A stretch of DNA of 64,000 bases, taken from NCBI GenBank assembly GCA_964619725.1, contig CAZUFC010000026.1:9729-73728 (forward strand), given 5' to 3'. The position numbers and the translations under genes were made by a program. This DNA is from an uncultured bacterium (GTDB lineage Bacteria; CSSED10-310; CAZUFC01). Below are positions 1-9,898 of the stretch, one piece after another; positions within the stretch are counted from its first letter, which is position 1; each line of letters starts with the position of its first letter. Under the pieces are notes generated by a model. That model was not told the DNA's origin and searched no databases. It saw nothing but the letters and a program-made list of their open reading frames with translations.

Positions 1-225
1 CCTGAAGATTTTGGGGAATATCCCGTTTGAAGAATAGAGCATTTCCGTGATTTTAGCGCGTATTCCCTTTAAAAAACCTCAAAAAATTCATTCTTATCTT
101 TATTAACACCGGAAAATTTCGTAAAATATTCGTTTTGACAGGAACTTTTTGTTCCTGCGCATGTTAAAAACTTTGACCCGTGATCAATCGGGGGAGAAAT
201 TACTTAAGGATGTAAGGAAACAAAG

Positions 226-1959
226 ATGACTCAGACTAAAACAAAGCTTTTTTTCGGAGAATTTCTGGTTGAAAAGAAAATCATCACAAAAGAAGACCTG
301 GAAGCCTGTTTGAATCATCAGAAGAACACCAGGAAAAAGCTTGGTCAGATTATAGTGGAGAGCGGATTCGTTTCTTCCGCAGAGATGCTGGAAGTGCTGA
401 GCGATTTTCTGGAAGTTCCGTTAATGCGGTTGAATGATCAGGAGTTCGATCCGCCGAGGAACGAGAGCCTGACGCTTAAATTTTTAAAGCAGTACAAGGT
501 ATTTCCGGCGGAGTTGAACGGGGATGATCAGGTTCTGAAGCTGGTGATGGCAGACCCCAGGGATTATTACACTATTGATACGATAAAGCTTCTGCTTGAC
601 TGCGACGTCGATGTTTATCTGGGCAATGAGAATGAAATCGTGCAGATGGTGGAAAATTATTACGGTTCCGGAGCCAGCACGCTGCAAACGATCATCGACG
701 ACATGACGGAGGAAGATTTAGAGATTTTGGCGATGGAAGAGGATGAGGATGTAGATCAATTGCGTGATATGGCATCGGAAGCTCCCGTCATCAAGCTGGT
801 GAATTTGTTTATTTCGCAAGCCGTGGAAAAACGGGCAAGCGACATTCATATAGAGCCTTTTGAGGGGCAACTGAAGGTGCGATACCGGATTGACGGCGTT
901 TTGCACGATGTGGAGTCTCCGCCTCGCCGTCTGCAGGCTGCCATCATATCCCGCGTAAAGATTATGGCCGGTTTGAACATCGCTGAAAGGCGACTGCCTC
1001 AGGACGGAAGGATACGGTTGCGCGTTCTGGGCAAGAAGTTGGACCTTCGCGTGTCATGCATTCCAACCATGCATGGCGAGAGCGTGGTGATGAGAATACT
1101 GGACCAGAGCAGCATTTTAATGGATTTGAGGGAACTGGGATTCCAGGACAAAGATTTTTTCATGTTTGAACAGATCATTAAAAGGCCTCACGGAATAGTC
1201 CTGGTCACCGGACCGACCGGAAGCGGAAAAACTACAACGCTTTACGGCGCTTTGGACAAGATCAACAACGTGGAGAAGAAGATCATCACGGTCGAGGACC
1301 CTGTGGAATACCAGTTAAAAGGCGTCAATCAGATACAGGTCAATCCCAAAATAGGACTGACATTCGCTTACGGACTCCGGTCCATCGTAAGACAGGACCC
1401 TGACATCATAATGGTCGGTGAGATTCGAGACAGGGAAACCGGCGAAATAGCCATTCAATCCGCTCTAACCGGTCACCTGGTTTTTTCCACGCTTCATACG
1501 AATGATGCTCCCGGCGCCATCACAAGACTCGTCGACATGGGATTGGAAAATTATCTCGTGGCATCATGCCTGGAGTCGGTAATGGCTCAGAGGCTTGTTC
1601 GTATTATCTGTCCTCATTGCAAGAGGGAAGTAGATCCGGACGTCTCGCAATTACGGGATTGCAATTTCCTGGATGAATGTGAAAACGGTTTGAAAGTATA
1701 TGAAGGAGAAGGATGCAAAGAATGCGGCAACACGGGGTACCTGGGTCGTACGGGCATTTATGAGTTGCTGGTGGTTAATGATCCGATAAGGGAGTTGATT
1801 TTGCAGAAAGTCAGCGCCAATATCGTCAGAAAAGAAGCCCGCCGGCAGGGAATGAGGACTCTGCGTGAAGACGGATGGTCTAAGGTGAAGAATGGCATCA
1901 CCACCGTTGAAGAAGTCCTCAGGGTTACTCAGGATGAAGAAGTGGTATTGGAAAAGTAA
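226..1959 (+). CDS. gspE: Type II secretion ATPase GspE
   Basis: Walker A GPTGSGKTT, ASDIHIEP, LPQDGR, RQDPDIIMVGEIRD, TGHLVFSTLHTND and a CxxC..CxxC zinc motif. First gene of a gsp cluster. Confidence 0.95.
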   Translation: MTQTKTKLFFGEFLVEKKIITKEDLEACLNHQKNTRKKLGQIIVESGFVSSAEMLEVLSDFLEVPLMRLNDQEFDPPRNESLTLKFLKQYKVFPAELNGDDQVLKLVMADPRDYYTIDTIKLLLDCDVDVYLGNENEIVQMVENYYGSGASTLQTIIDDMTEEDLEILAMEEDEDVDQLRDMASEAPVIKLVNLFISQAVEKRASDIHIEPFEGQLKVRYRIDGVLHDVESPPRRLQAAIISRVKIMAGLNIAERRLPQDGRIRLRVLGKKLDLRVSCIPTMHGESVVMRILDQSSILMDLRELGFQDKDFFMFEQIIKRPHGIVLVTGPTGSGKTTTLYGALDKINNVEKKIITVEDPVEYQLKGVNQIQVNPKIGLTFAYGLRSIVRQDPDIIMVGEIRDRETGEIAIQSALTGHLVFSTLHTNDAPGAITRLVDMGLENYLVASCLESVMAQRLVRIICPHCKREVDPDVSQLRDCNFLDECENGLKVYEGEGCKECGNTGYLGRTGIYELLVVNDPIRELILQKVSANIVRKEARRQGMRTLREDGWSKVKNGITTVEEVLRVTQDEEVVLEK

Positions 1960-1968
1960 GGAATCGAA

Positions 1969-3192
1969 ATGCCTACATTTACTTACAAAGCGACAGACGT
2001 TAACGGAAAATTGATGGAAGGAACGATCGAGGGCAAGGATGAGAGATCGGTCATCTCCAGGTTGCAGGAACAACAGTATTTTCCTTTGAAAGTTGAGCGC
2101 TCCGCTGAAAAGAAAGGGATTTCCCGCGAATTTTCCGTTAAATCCTTTCTGCAGCGGGTCAAACGTCAGGACGTGGTTACATTCACCCAGCAGTTGGCGA
2201 CGCTTACCGATGCCGGACTGCAACTGGATCGCAGCCTCATGATCCTGGCCGAGCTGAATGAAGGAAACAAGTTCCAGGGCATCATTCAAAGAATAAGAAA
2301 AAACGTGCAGGGAGGCAGCATGTTCGGGGATGCGTTGAGCAAGCATCCCAAGCTTTTCAACCGGTTATACATCAATATGGTGAGATCGGGAGAAGCCGGC
2401 GGCGTTCTGGACGTCATATTGATAAGATTAGCCGGATTCCTGGAAACCGCTCAGCAGTTGCGGAACGATATAATATCCGCGCTGATCTATCCTTTGTTGC
2501 TGATCATGGTCGGCGCTTCGGCCCTGGCCATACTCCTTACTTTCGTTATTCCCAAATTCGCTATGATTTTTGAAGAAATGGGAACGACCTTACCCTGGAT
2601 GACCCAGCTCGTCATTACAGTCAGTGAAACGATAGCTGAATACTGGTATTTCGTGCTGGGCGGCATAGTATTTCTCTATCTGATTCTCAGAAGTTACAGA
2701 AAAACCGATAAAGGTCGATATAAGCTGGACGAACTGAAATTAAAAGTACCTCTTCTGGGTGACCTTTTTCATAAGATTGAAATTGCCCGGTTCGCCAGAA
2801 CATTAGGGACGCTGACCAGAAGCGGCGTTCCCATTCTCCAGGCGCTGGCCATCGTCAAGGATACTTTAACCAACGACGTCATAGCCAAAGCGCTGCTGAA
2901 AGTTTACGGCGACATTAAAGAGGGAGAAGGAATTGCTGATCCTCTGGCTCAGACAAAAGTGTTCCCTCCCCTGGCCGTTCATATGATAAGAGTCGGCGAA
3001 GAGACCGGCCAATTGGAAAACATGCTGATAAAAGTTGCCGACAGTTATGAGAATGAAGTCAAGGTGACGACGAGCCGCATTATGTCCTTGCTTGAACCCG
3101 CGTTGATCCTTTTTATGGGATTGCTCATCGGTTTCGTGGTCATTTCAATGCTGTTGGCGATTTTCAGCATTTCTACGGACGTAGGAATGTAA
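1969..3192 (+). CDS. gspF: Type II secretion inner-membrane platform protein GspF/PilC family
   Basis: Two T2SSF repeats (MVRSGEAGG..L, MIRVGEETGQLE..L..VAD.YE) with three TM segments. Confidence 0.95.
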   Translation: MPTFTYKATDVNGKLMEGTIEGKDERSVISRLQEQQYFPLKVERSAEKKGISREFSVKSFLQRVKRQDVVTFTQQLATLTDAGLQLDRSLMILAELNEGNKFQGIIQRIRKNVQGGSMFGDALSKHPKLFNRLYINMVRSGEAGGVLDVILIRLAGFLETAQQLRNDIISALIYPLLLIMVGASALAILLTFVIPKFAMIFEEMGTTLPWMTQLVITVSETIAEYWYFVLGGIVFLYLILRSYRKTDKGRYKLDELKLKVPLLGDLFHKIEIARFARTLGTLTRSGVPILQALAIVKDTLTNDVIAKALLKVYGDIKEGEGIADPLAQTKVFPPLAVHMIRVGEETGQLENMLIKVADSYENEVKVTTSRIMSLLEPALILFMGLLIGFVVISMLLAIFSISTDVGM

Positions 3193-3210
3193 AAGGAGGT
3201 AAATTGGATT

Positions 3211-3612
3211 ATGCGTTTTTTTGAGGTCATTTTTAAACGGCGTCAGTCGGGTGAAAGCGGTTTTACCCTGGTGGAAATCATGGTCGTCGTGATTATTATA
3301 GGATTGCTGGCGACCGTCGTCGGTCCCAGAATATTTCGACAATTGGGGAAAGCTCAGGAAAAAGTCGCACGTCAGCAGATTAAAGACCTCGAAGTTGCCT
3401 GCGACCTCTATCGACTGGACGTCGGACAATATCCGTCAAGCCTCGATCAGTTGATCAACGGCAGCTCTCCAAACTGGGACGGACCCTATCTCAAAAAAGA
3501 TGAAATACCTGTCGATCCCTGGGGCAATCCCTATCAATACCGGGTCGTCGACGGAGGTGAGATGGTGGAGATATCTTCCACCGGCGGAGGAAAAGAAACC
3601 ATTACCAATTAA
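3211..3612 (+). CDS. gspG: Major pseudopilin GspG
   Basis: Prepilin site G|FTLVEIMVV, LYRLDVGQYP, WDGPYLKK..P.DPWGNPYQY. Confidence 0.93.
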   Translation: MRFFEVIFKRRQSGESGFTLVEIMVVVIIIGLLATVVGPRIFRQLGKAQEKVARQQIKDLEVACDLYRLDVGQYPSSLDQLINGSSPNWDGPYLKKDEIPVDPWGNPYQYRVVDGGEMVEISSTGGGKETITN

Positions 3613-3818
3613 ATCCTGTCTGCGAAGCGTGTGAATCTTCAAAACGCAATGTCGCACGGGATTTTACGGATTCTAATGCGTGAATGAGTTATCCGGAAAT
3701 TAAACAATCAGCCGGCGACCTGAAAGTCGCATCCCGGTAAGATGCTTTATGCCTGTCCGGGTTCGATCCTGTCGCTGTGCCGGCCCAAGGGAATGAAGCT
3801 GAGCCGTTCATCAACGAA

Positions 3819-4394
3819 ATGAATAAAAACGATAAAAAGAATGTTAAAGGCTATACCCTGGTGGAGATTCTGGTCGTTATGGCCATTATCGCTTTAGCGG
3901 TCTCGCTGATAGGACCCGCCATATCCAGGGGCATGAGAGGCACGCAGGTCAAAGCGGTGGTCAGACATACGGCATCCGCCTTGCGTTATGCCAGGAGCAT
4001 GGCCATCACTTACCGCGCCGTCATCGAGGTAGCTTTTAATATGGAAGAATCGCAATACACGGTCAGAGTCCTTCACCGCGCGGAGAGACCTTCGTTTGAC
4101 GGCGCCTTGAATCAGGACCCGGCAGAAGAGGAGCCGGCGTATGAGGAAAGTTACCAAGGCGAAGAAAGCGGCGCGCCTTCCGGAGAAATATATGAAATAG
4201 AGGACCCCGTGGTGCTGCTGGGACTCTCGTTCGGCGATTCGAGGATGATCGATTACGGAGAAGCCTCCATCATTTTTTTCCCCAAGGGAAATTCGACCGG
4301 CGGAACTATCTACATCGGAAAAAGCGAAACTTCCTATTACGCGCTCAGTGTGAATCCGATTACCGGCCTGGTTGAAGTGGAGGCATCTGAATGA
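3819..4394 (+). CDS. gspH: Minor pseudopilin GspH-like
   Basis: G|YTLVEILVV and IFFPKGNSTGG. ATG at 3819 is preferred over GTG at 3777. Confidence 0.8.
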   Translation: MNKNDKKNVKGYTLVEILVVMAIIALAVSLIGPAISRGMRGTQVKAVVRHTASALRYARSMAITYRAVIEVAFNMEESQYTVRVLHRAERPSFDGALNQDPAEEEPAYEESYQGEESGAPSGEIYEIEDPVVLLGLSFGDSRMIDYGEASIIFFPKGNSTGGTIYIGKSETSYYALSVNPITGLVEVEASE

Positions 4395-4528
4395 GTATGA
4401 CAGGGAAAAATAAAGATGCTTTATGCAAAGCGCTGAGTTCCTCAACGCAATTCTGCGCTGAAAATAGGACTGATCCCTTCTCCGCGAGAAATTCAGCCTT
4501 GAATATTGACTTCGCTGATTGGTGAAAC

Positions 4529-4990
4529 ATGTCGTCGATATTTTTCAGATCAAAAAGACAAAGAGGATTTACGTTGCTGGAAGTCATTGTGGCGATGGCT
4601 ATCCTGGGAATTTCGCTGGGCGTCATTATGGATATATTTTCCAACGGCATACGGGGCGCTTTCAAATCCAGACGCCATAATCAGGCGGTATTCCTGGCCC
4701 AGGGCAAGATGGAAGAGCTCCTCATCAAAAAGGACCTGGAAGAGGGAACGGAAGAAGGCGATTTTGAAGGCATGGAAAACTATAGGTGGCAAACCTCGGT
4801 GGAAGAGGTGGAGTTGTTTGAAGACGAATGCCAGCCTGTACCGGAAGATGTTGCGGAGAATATGGATTTTTTCAAGGTGTACGCCCTGACGGTCAGGGTT
4901 TCCTGGGGGCAGGACGAAGCCGACAGTTATAAACTGCAAACCGTTAAGTTATTCAAAAATAGGGAAGAGGAGCAGCTCATTGGTCTATAG
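4529..4990 (+). CDS. gspI: Minor pseudopilin GspI-like
   Basis: G|FTLLEVIVAMAIL, A..LAQ.KMEE, and position in the operon. Confidence 0.8.
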   Translation: MSSIFFRSKRQRGFTLLEVIVAMAILGISLGVIMDIFSNGIRGAFKSRRHNQAVFLAQGKMEELLIKKDLEEGTEEGDFEGMENYRWQTSVEEVELFEDECQPVPEDVAENMDFFKVYALTVRVSWGQDEADSYKLQTVKLFKNREEEQLIGL

Positions 4991-5819
4991 CGCTTTGAAA
5001 AAGTTCGCTCCCGGACGAAAACGAGAGACTGCCGGAATAGCCGGTTTCACGCTTCTGGAAGTGATGCTTGCCGTAACGATTATGGCGCTGATGTCGGTAA
5101 TAATCGTCAGCGGACTGCAGATGGCCATCAAAGCCTGGGAAACTGGCGACAGAGAAATTGAATCGCAGCAGAGGATCAGGATTCTCCTGGACAGGCTCTT
5201 CGAAGAACTTAAGTCAGCCTATAGAATGAGAATCAAGGTCGAAGAAGAATTCAGACGCCGCTATAAACTTGGATTCATAGGCACTGCAGATCGTCTTGAT
5301 TTCATTTCTACGGCAGACTCCCTCACCTCACATTTCCTCTCAACAGGATTGAAAAAAGTATCGCTTTATGTGAACAGTCTCGATGCCGACCTCAGGGGGC
5401 TGGTCCTCGAAGAATCATTCATAGACGGAACGGACTCGTTTTTCGATCCCGACACCGAGATTCCTTCCGTCGCTTATGAAGTGGCTCCGGACGTTACGGA
5501 CATAAAACTTCGTTACTTCGTCTATCCGCCTTTACGCATCAAAAATATCGAAGGTTACGAGGAAGGCGAATGGATGGACTGGTGGGGCGGCGGTCTTGAA
5601 GAAGAGGAGGAGGCTGCCGAGGCTGAAGAAGAAGCCCCGGAAGAGGAAGGAGAACAGGATGACTGGGATACCTTCTTCGACAGGCATTCAAATCTTAATC
5701 TGCCTCATGGAATTGAAATTACCATCACTATGATCGATCCCAGGGACGAAAATAATACGATTACTTATCCTCCGGTCTACTTCAGCATGCCGGACAGCGT
5801 TGCTGAAGCCATGAAATAA
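4980..5819 (+). CDS. gspJ: Minor pseudopilin GspJ-like
   Basis: G|FTLLEVMLAVTI and C-terminal W...LP.GIEIT. The start codon is uncertain. Confidence 0.78.
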   Translation: MVYSALKKFAPGRKRETAGIAGFTLLEVMLAVTIMALMSVIIVSGLQMAIKAWETGDREIESQQRIRILLDRLFEELKSAYRMRIKVEEEFRRRYKLGFIGTADRLDFISTADSLTSHFLSTGLKKVSLYVNSLDADLRGLVLEESFIDGTDSFFDPDTEIPSVAYEVAPDVTDIKLRYFVYPPLRIKNIEGYEEGEWMDWWGGGLEEEEEAAEAEEEAPEEEGEQDDWDTFFDRHSNLNLPHGIEITITMIDPRDENNTITYPPVYFSMPDSVAEAMK

Positions 5820-5829
5820 GGAAAAAAAC

Positions 5830-7032
5830 TTGCGCAACATATCTCGTATAATAATTGCAGCGATTAAAAAAGCGCCTTTTAAAAATCAGAAAGGCGTCGC
5901 GCTTATCCTTACCGTCTGGTCCCTGGCGCTCCTGATGATAATGGCTTCCCAGTTCGCTTTCTCCATGCGCACGGAAGTCAAAATTACGGCTAATTATAAA
6001 CAGGAAGTTCAGTGTTATTATATCGCTTACGCCGGCATACAGGCCGCTTTGGCAGAAATGATAAAACCTTACACCAAAAACGCATTGAACGGCGATAAAC
6101 TGGTTTTTATCCGCCCTTATTCTGACTATGAAACGAACCGGAATGAGGGTAGAGAAGAGGAAGAAGGACTGCCCTGCACTCCCCAACGCGAAAATGTTCC
6201 GCTGGGTCCGGGTTTCTTCAGCTATTATATCACTGATGAAGACGGTAAATTTAACGTCAATTCTTTAATTTCCCGCAGAAGCAATCGAAACGAAAGCAGT
6301 ATAGAAAAATTCAGGGAACTGCTGGTCGCTTCCGGTGTCGAGGACGGGATAGAAGCCGACACTATCATAGATTCGATTGCGGACTGGATGGACGATGACG
6401 ATATGCACCACGCCAACGGCGCGGAACAGGATTGGTACGATAAAAACTATGAAGAAAAAGGCTTCGGTTTCCCCTACAAATGCAAAAACGGTAAACTGGA
6501 TACTCTCGAAGAATTGATTCTCATCAGGGGGATAACGCCTGAGATACTGTACGGATCGGAGAGAGCTTCCAACATGTTTTTGACGGGAGGCCCAAAGAAC
6601 GATACGGGTTATGATGATGACGAAGCCGGCTTCACCGGCATTATTCAATATCTCACGGTTTACTCCTTTAAACGCAATTACAAATCCATCAATAAGGATA
6701 CGGCATCCCTGTTTTTGCTCAATGTCCTTTTCCCTGAAGAATTCGAGGACATCGCCGAATCGCGGGAATCTCAGGCGGAAGGCGAGGACGTTTCCGGACG
6801 GGGAAGACGCTCCAGGACATTCACAATCCAATCGACCGGATGGCTGAAAAATTCGCCGGTAAGCCGGACCATTAAAGCCGTGGTCGATAATTTCGGGTCG
6901 TCCCGGGTTTCGTCGAGCCGTAACGGGAGAATCAGGGTCAGGTTCTGGAAAGACAACGCTGAATTTCTGGAACCGGGAGAAACGTTGACTTTGGATTATT
7001 TTAAAGATACTAAAATATTTTCTTACGATTAG
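5830..7032 (+). CDS. gspK: Minor pseudopilin GspK
   Basis: KG|VALILTVW without E5, DEDGKFNVN, IADWMD.DD, EELILIRGIT. Confidence 0.9.
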   Translation: MRNISRIIIAAIKKAPFKNQKGVALILTVWSLALLMIMASQFAFSMRTEVKITANYKQEVQCYYIAYAGIQAALAEMIKPYTKNALNGDKLVFIRPYSDYETNRNEGREEEEGLPCTPQRENVPLGPGFFSYYITDEDGKFNVNSLISRRSNRNESSIEKFRELLVASGVEDGIEADTIIDSIADWMDDDDMHHANGAEQDWYDKNYEEKGFGFPYKCKNGKLDTLEELILIRGITPEILYGSERASNMFLTGGPKNDTGYDDDEAGFTGIIQYLTVYSFKRNYKSINKDTASLFLLNVLFPEEFEDIAESRESQAEGEDVSGRGRRSRTFTIQSTGWLKNSPVSRTIKAVVDNFGSSRVSSSRNGRIRVRFWKDNAEFLEPGETLTLDYFKDTKIFSYD

Positions 7033-7084
7033 TGAGGAAAAGGGGACGGAAATTTTCAATTTTACAGGTTGAGGAAAGAGTATA

Positions 7085-9067
7085 ATGAGAATCGCCAAAG
7101 ACTATTTGGGAGTTGAATTCACGGAAAAAGGCATTCAGATCGCTTGCATATCCAAAGGGATCAGTCAGGTGCGAATGAAGGCTTCTCGTTTTATACCGCT
7201 TAAGGCCAGGGGCTCTTTTTATGAAGAGAGCGAATCCGCTATTGCGGCTGAAATCAGAAGTTTTATGATCGACAATGATATTGAGCCGACTGAGATTCAT
7301 ATTGGACTGCCGAGAAAAAGGGTTTTGTTTCAGGAGGTGGAAGTTCCGGTCGTCAGCGAAAGCGAAATACGGCAGATTATGACCTATGAATTGGAGAAAC
7401 ATATTCCCTTGAGCATCGATTCTGTTTATTTCGATGTCGTCAGTTTCGGAGAAACGACGGGAACAATGCTCCGGGTGCTTCTGATCGCAGTGCAGAAAAG
7501 AGTGCTTGACAGGTTTTTAAGAGTATTCGAAGAAGCCGAATTGACGGTGCATTCCGTCGACGTCTCCTCGGTCGCCGCAGTCAATTCCTACCTGGCTGCT
7601 GCAGGAGCCAAATCGGCAGAAGTGAAATGCTTCGTCAACATCAAATCAACCGATATCGTCTTAACCCTCTTTCAGGGTAACAAAATCTTGTTTTCCCGCT
7701 CTTTTCCCGTTCCCAGAAGAACATCTTCACCCGCCGCATTGGACGATAAAAGCGTCGATGCCGAACATCGAAGGGAAATTATACATCAAATCGTGCGTGA
7801 ATTGGACGTCGTTTCAGAAAACCTCCGGCTTAAATCGGAAAACAATCCCATCTCTGAAATTATCCTTTGCGGGATCGGGATTAAAGGCCCCCAATGGGCC
7901 GGCGAAATGCTTGAATTCTCGCGTATTCCCGCTTCATTCCACAACCCACTCGAAAACATTAAATCCGATGTGGACCTGTTTGAAAGCTTCAAACTGGTTT
8001 CCGCCTTCGGTCTCGCCCAGAAGAGCCTCATGCGCGACTTTATTCCCGTTAATCTGATACCTCCTGAAAGAAGACCGAAAGTTAAAGACCAGGGGCTCGT
8101 CATTACCGGCGCTCTGCTCGGAATAATTACTGCCCTGTTCACCTTTCTTATTGTCGTATGGTTCTACAGACTCAATATAGACATCAGAGAAGTCCAGTAC
8201 CGCAATGATAAAATAAAAGGCGACGTCACCGAAATCTTGAGAATTACCGAAGAATACAAGAGTATGAAAGAACAGATGGACGTCTTTAAGAAAATGGAAT
8301 TTGAAACTCCCAAAAGATTGGAAGTACTGGGCGAACTCACCAGAATTCTGCCCGTCAGCGAGGAGGATGAAACCAAACGAGTGTGGCTCACCGCATTGAA
8401 CATCGATACTGATGAAGTTGTGTTGAGAGGCGAATCCGAATCGCCGGAGGGACTGATTAAAATTCTTGAAGATTCGGACCTTTTTGAACAGGTGCAATTC
8501 GACAGCCCCATTTCCCGGAATAAATTTGCGATTAAAGTCGTCGTATCACAGAAAATTATGAAGGAAGAAGAGCTGCCGGAAGAATTCTTCCAGTCTGAAG
8601 AAGAGGCTCAACAAAAACAGCAATCAACCGCTCAAGAAGACGTTTCTCCTCCCACTCCTACTCCTGTCGCTGAAGAACTGCCTGATGAAAGAGAAGAATT
8701 GCCCAGAAACAGGGGACCGGCCTACAAGCTTCCCACAAAACCTCCTCAATTGCCGGAAGAAGAGTTTGAAGAGGAACCGATGGATGAAGAAATGCTGCCG
8801 GATGAACAGTTCGACGAAGAGTTGCCGGATGAGCAGCCGATGGAAATGAATGAGGAAATGGAGGCTTTTGTTGATGATTACTTATCGGAAGAGGAGGATA
8901 TGGAGGCGGCTAAACAAAAACTGTTTGACATTTTACAGGGAGACCAAGATAATCAGTTTTTCGACGGCGATTTGCCGCCGGAAGCCGAAGATTTTATCGA
9001 ATTCCTTCAGAATCAGGCTGAGGAAGAGGACATTCCTTTTGAAGAAAATATGGACGAAGGATATTGA
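7085..9067 (+). CDS. GspL/PilM-PilN-like assembly protein with an acidic C-terminal tail
   Basis: Actin-like PilM-type N-domain, VNLIP motif, one TM segment, PilN-like periplasmic domain (VWLT.L...LRGES), then an E/D/P-rich tail. Confidence 0.8.
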   Translation: MRIAKDYLGVEFTEKGIQIACISKGISQVRMKASRFIPLKARGSFYEESESAIAAEIRSFMIDNDIEPTEIHIGLPRKRVLFQEVEVPVVSESEIRQIMTYELEKHIPLSIDSVYFDVVSFGETTGTMLRVLLIAVQKRVLDRFLRVFEEAELTVHSVDVSSVAAVNSYLAAAGAKSAEVKCFVNIKSTDIVLTLFQGNKILFSRSFPVPRRTSSPAALDDKSVDAEHRREIIHQIVRELDVVSENLRLKSENNPISEIILCGIGIKGPQWAGEMLEFSRIPASFHNPLENIKSDVDLFESFKLVSAFGLAQKSLMRDFIPVNLIPPERRPKVKDQGLVITGALLGIITALFTFLIVVWFYRLNIDIREVQYRNDKIKGDVTEILRITEEYKSMKEQMDVFKKMEFETPKRLEVLGELTRILPVSEEDETKRVWLTALNIDTDEVVLRGESESPEGLIKILEDSDLFEQVQFDSPISRNKFAIKVVVSQKIMKEEELPEEFFQSEEEAQQKQQSTAQEDVSPPTPTPVAEELPDEREELPRNRGPAYKLPTKPPQLPEEEFEEEPMDEEMLPDEQFDEELPDEQPMEMNEEMEAFVDDYLSEEEDMEAAKQKLFDILQGDQDNQFFDGDLPPEAEDFIEFLQNQAEEEDIPFEENMDEGY

Positions 9068-9128
9068 GAATAAAGAAGCGCTTTGTGGGCAGAAGCTGTA
9101 AAAAAAGCGGAAAGGTTTTACAGGTCCG

Positions 9129-9731
9129 ATGTTTGAGAATATAAGAAAAAGGTTTGCTCAGTTTTCAATCAGGGAAAGAAGAATCATTATCGCCGGGATC
9201 GTCATTATCGTTGGATATTTAGCCTATGTCGCCGTTTTTGAACCGCTTTACCGGATGTACCAGCTTGATAAGGATAAGTTGGACCAGGAAATGCGGTTAT
9301 TTGAAAAAAACCTGACCATTCTCAGAAAAAGAGAACAATCCCAGTATAAATTGCGACAGGTTGAACGGATGCGGCGAATGGTGGAATCAGGATTGCTCTC
9401 CGGCGAAAGCGCTGAACTGGCTTCGGCCAATCTTCAGGCCATCATCAAAAATTACGCCAGAGAAATCGGCATCGATATAGATCGCGTCAGTCCCAGTCCC
9501 CCCAAGGTCAGAAACGGGTATAAGGAAATCCGTATCAAATTGCCCTTCAGATGCGATGTTGAAAAATTGAAGAATTTCCTTTTTATGATTGAAAATTCCG
9601 AACGTTTTCTGTTCGTGCCGACATTAGACGTCAGCGTTCCAAATCCGCGAAATCCGAAAACGCTTCGCGTCAACCTGGAAGTCGCCGGTTTCATCCAGCA
9701 GGAAGAGGAAGAAACCGCGAGCGACACCTAG
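9129..9731 (+). CDS. gspM: GspM/PilO-like protein
   Basis: S.RER before a TM segment, a coiled coil, L..FLFMIEN..RFLFV..L; lies between gspL and gspD. Confidence 0.8.
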   Translation: MFENIRKRFAQFSIRERRIIIAGIVIIVGYLAYVAVFEPLYRMYQLDKDKLDQEMRLFEKNLTILRKREQSQYKLRQVERMRRMVESGLLSGESAELASANLQAIIKNYAREIGIDIDRVSPSPPKVRNGYKEIRIKLPFRCDVEKLKNFLFMIENSERFLFVPTLDVSVPNPRNPKTLRVNLEVAGFIQQEEEETASDT

Positions 9732-9898
9732 AAAAAATAATCTACAAAATGAATACGAAAAGAAAGAACGAGACCAAACGCAAACAAATCAGTCAATGGA
9801 AAAAAAGATTTTGCGATGTTGATCTCCACAATTATAAAATAATTAAAACTTTGAAACTCCTCGAAAACATTATTCCAGGCAGTTAGAGGGAGGCTTTA

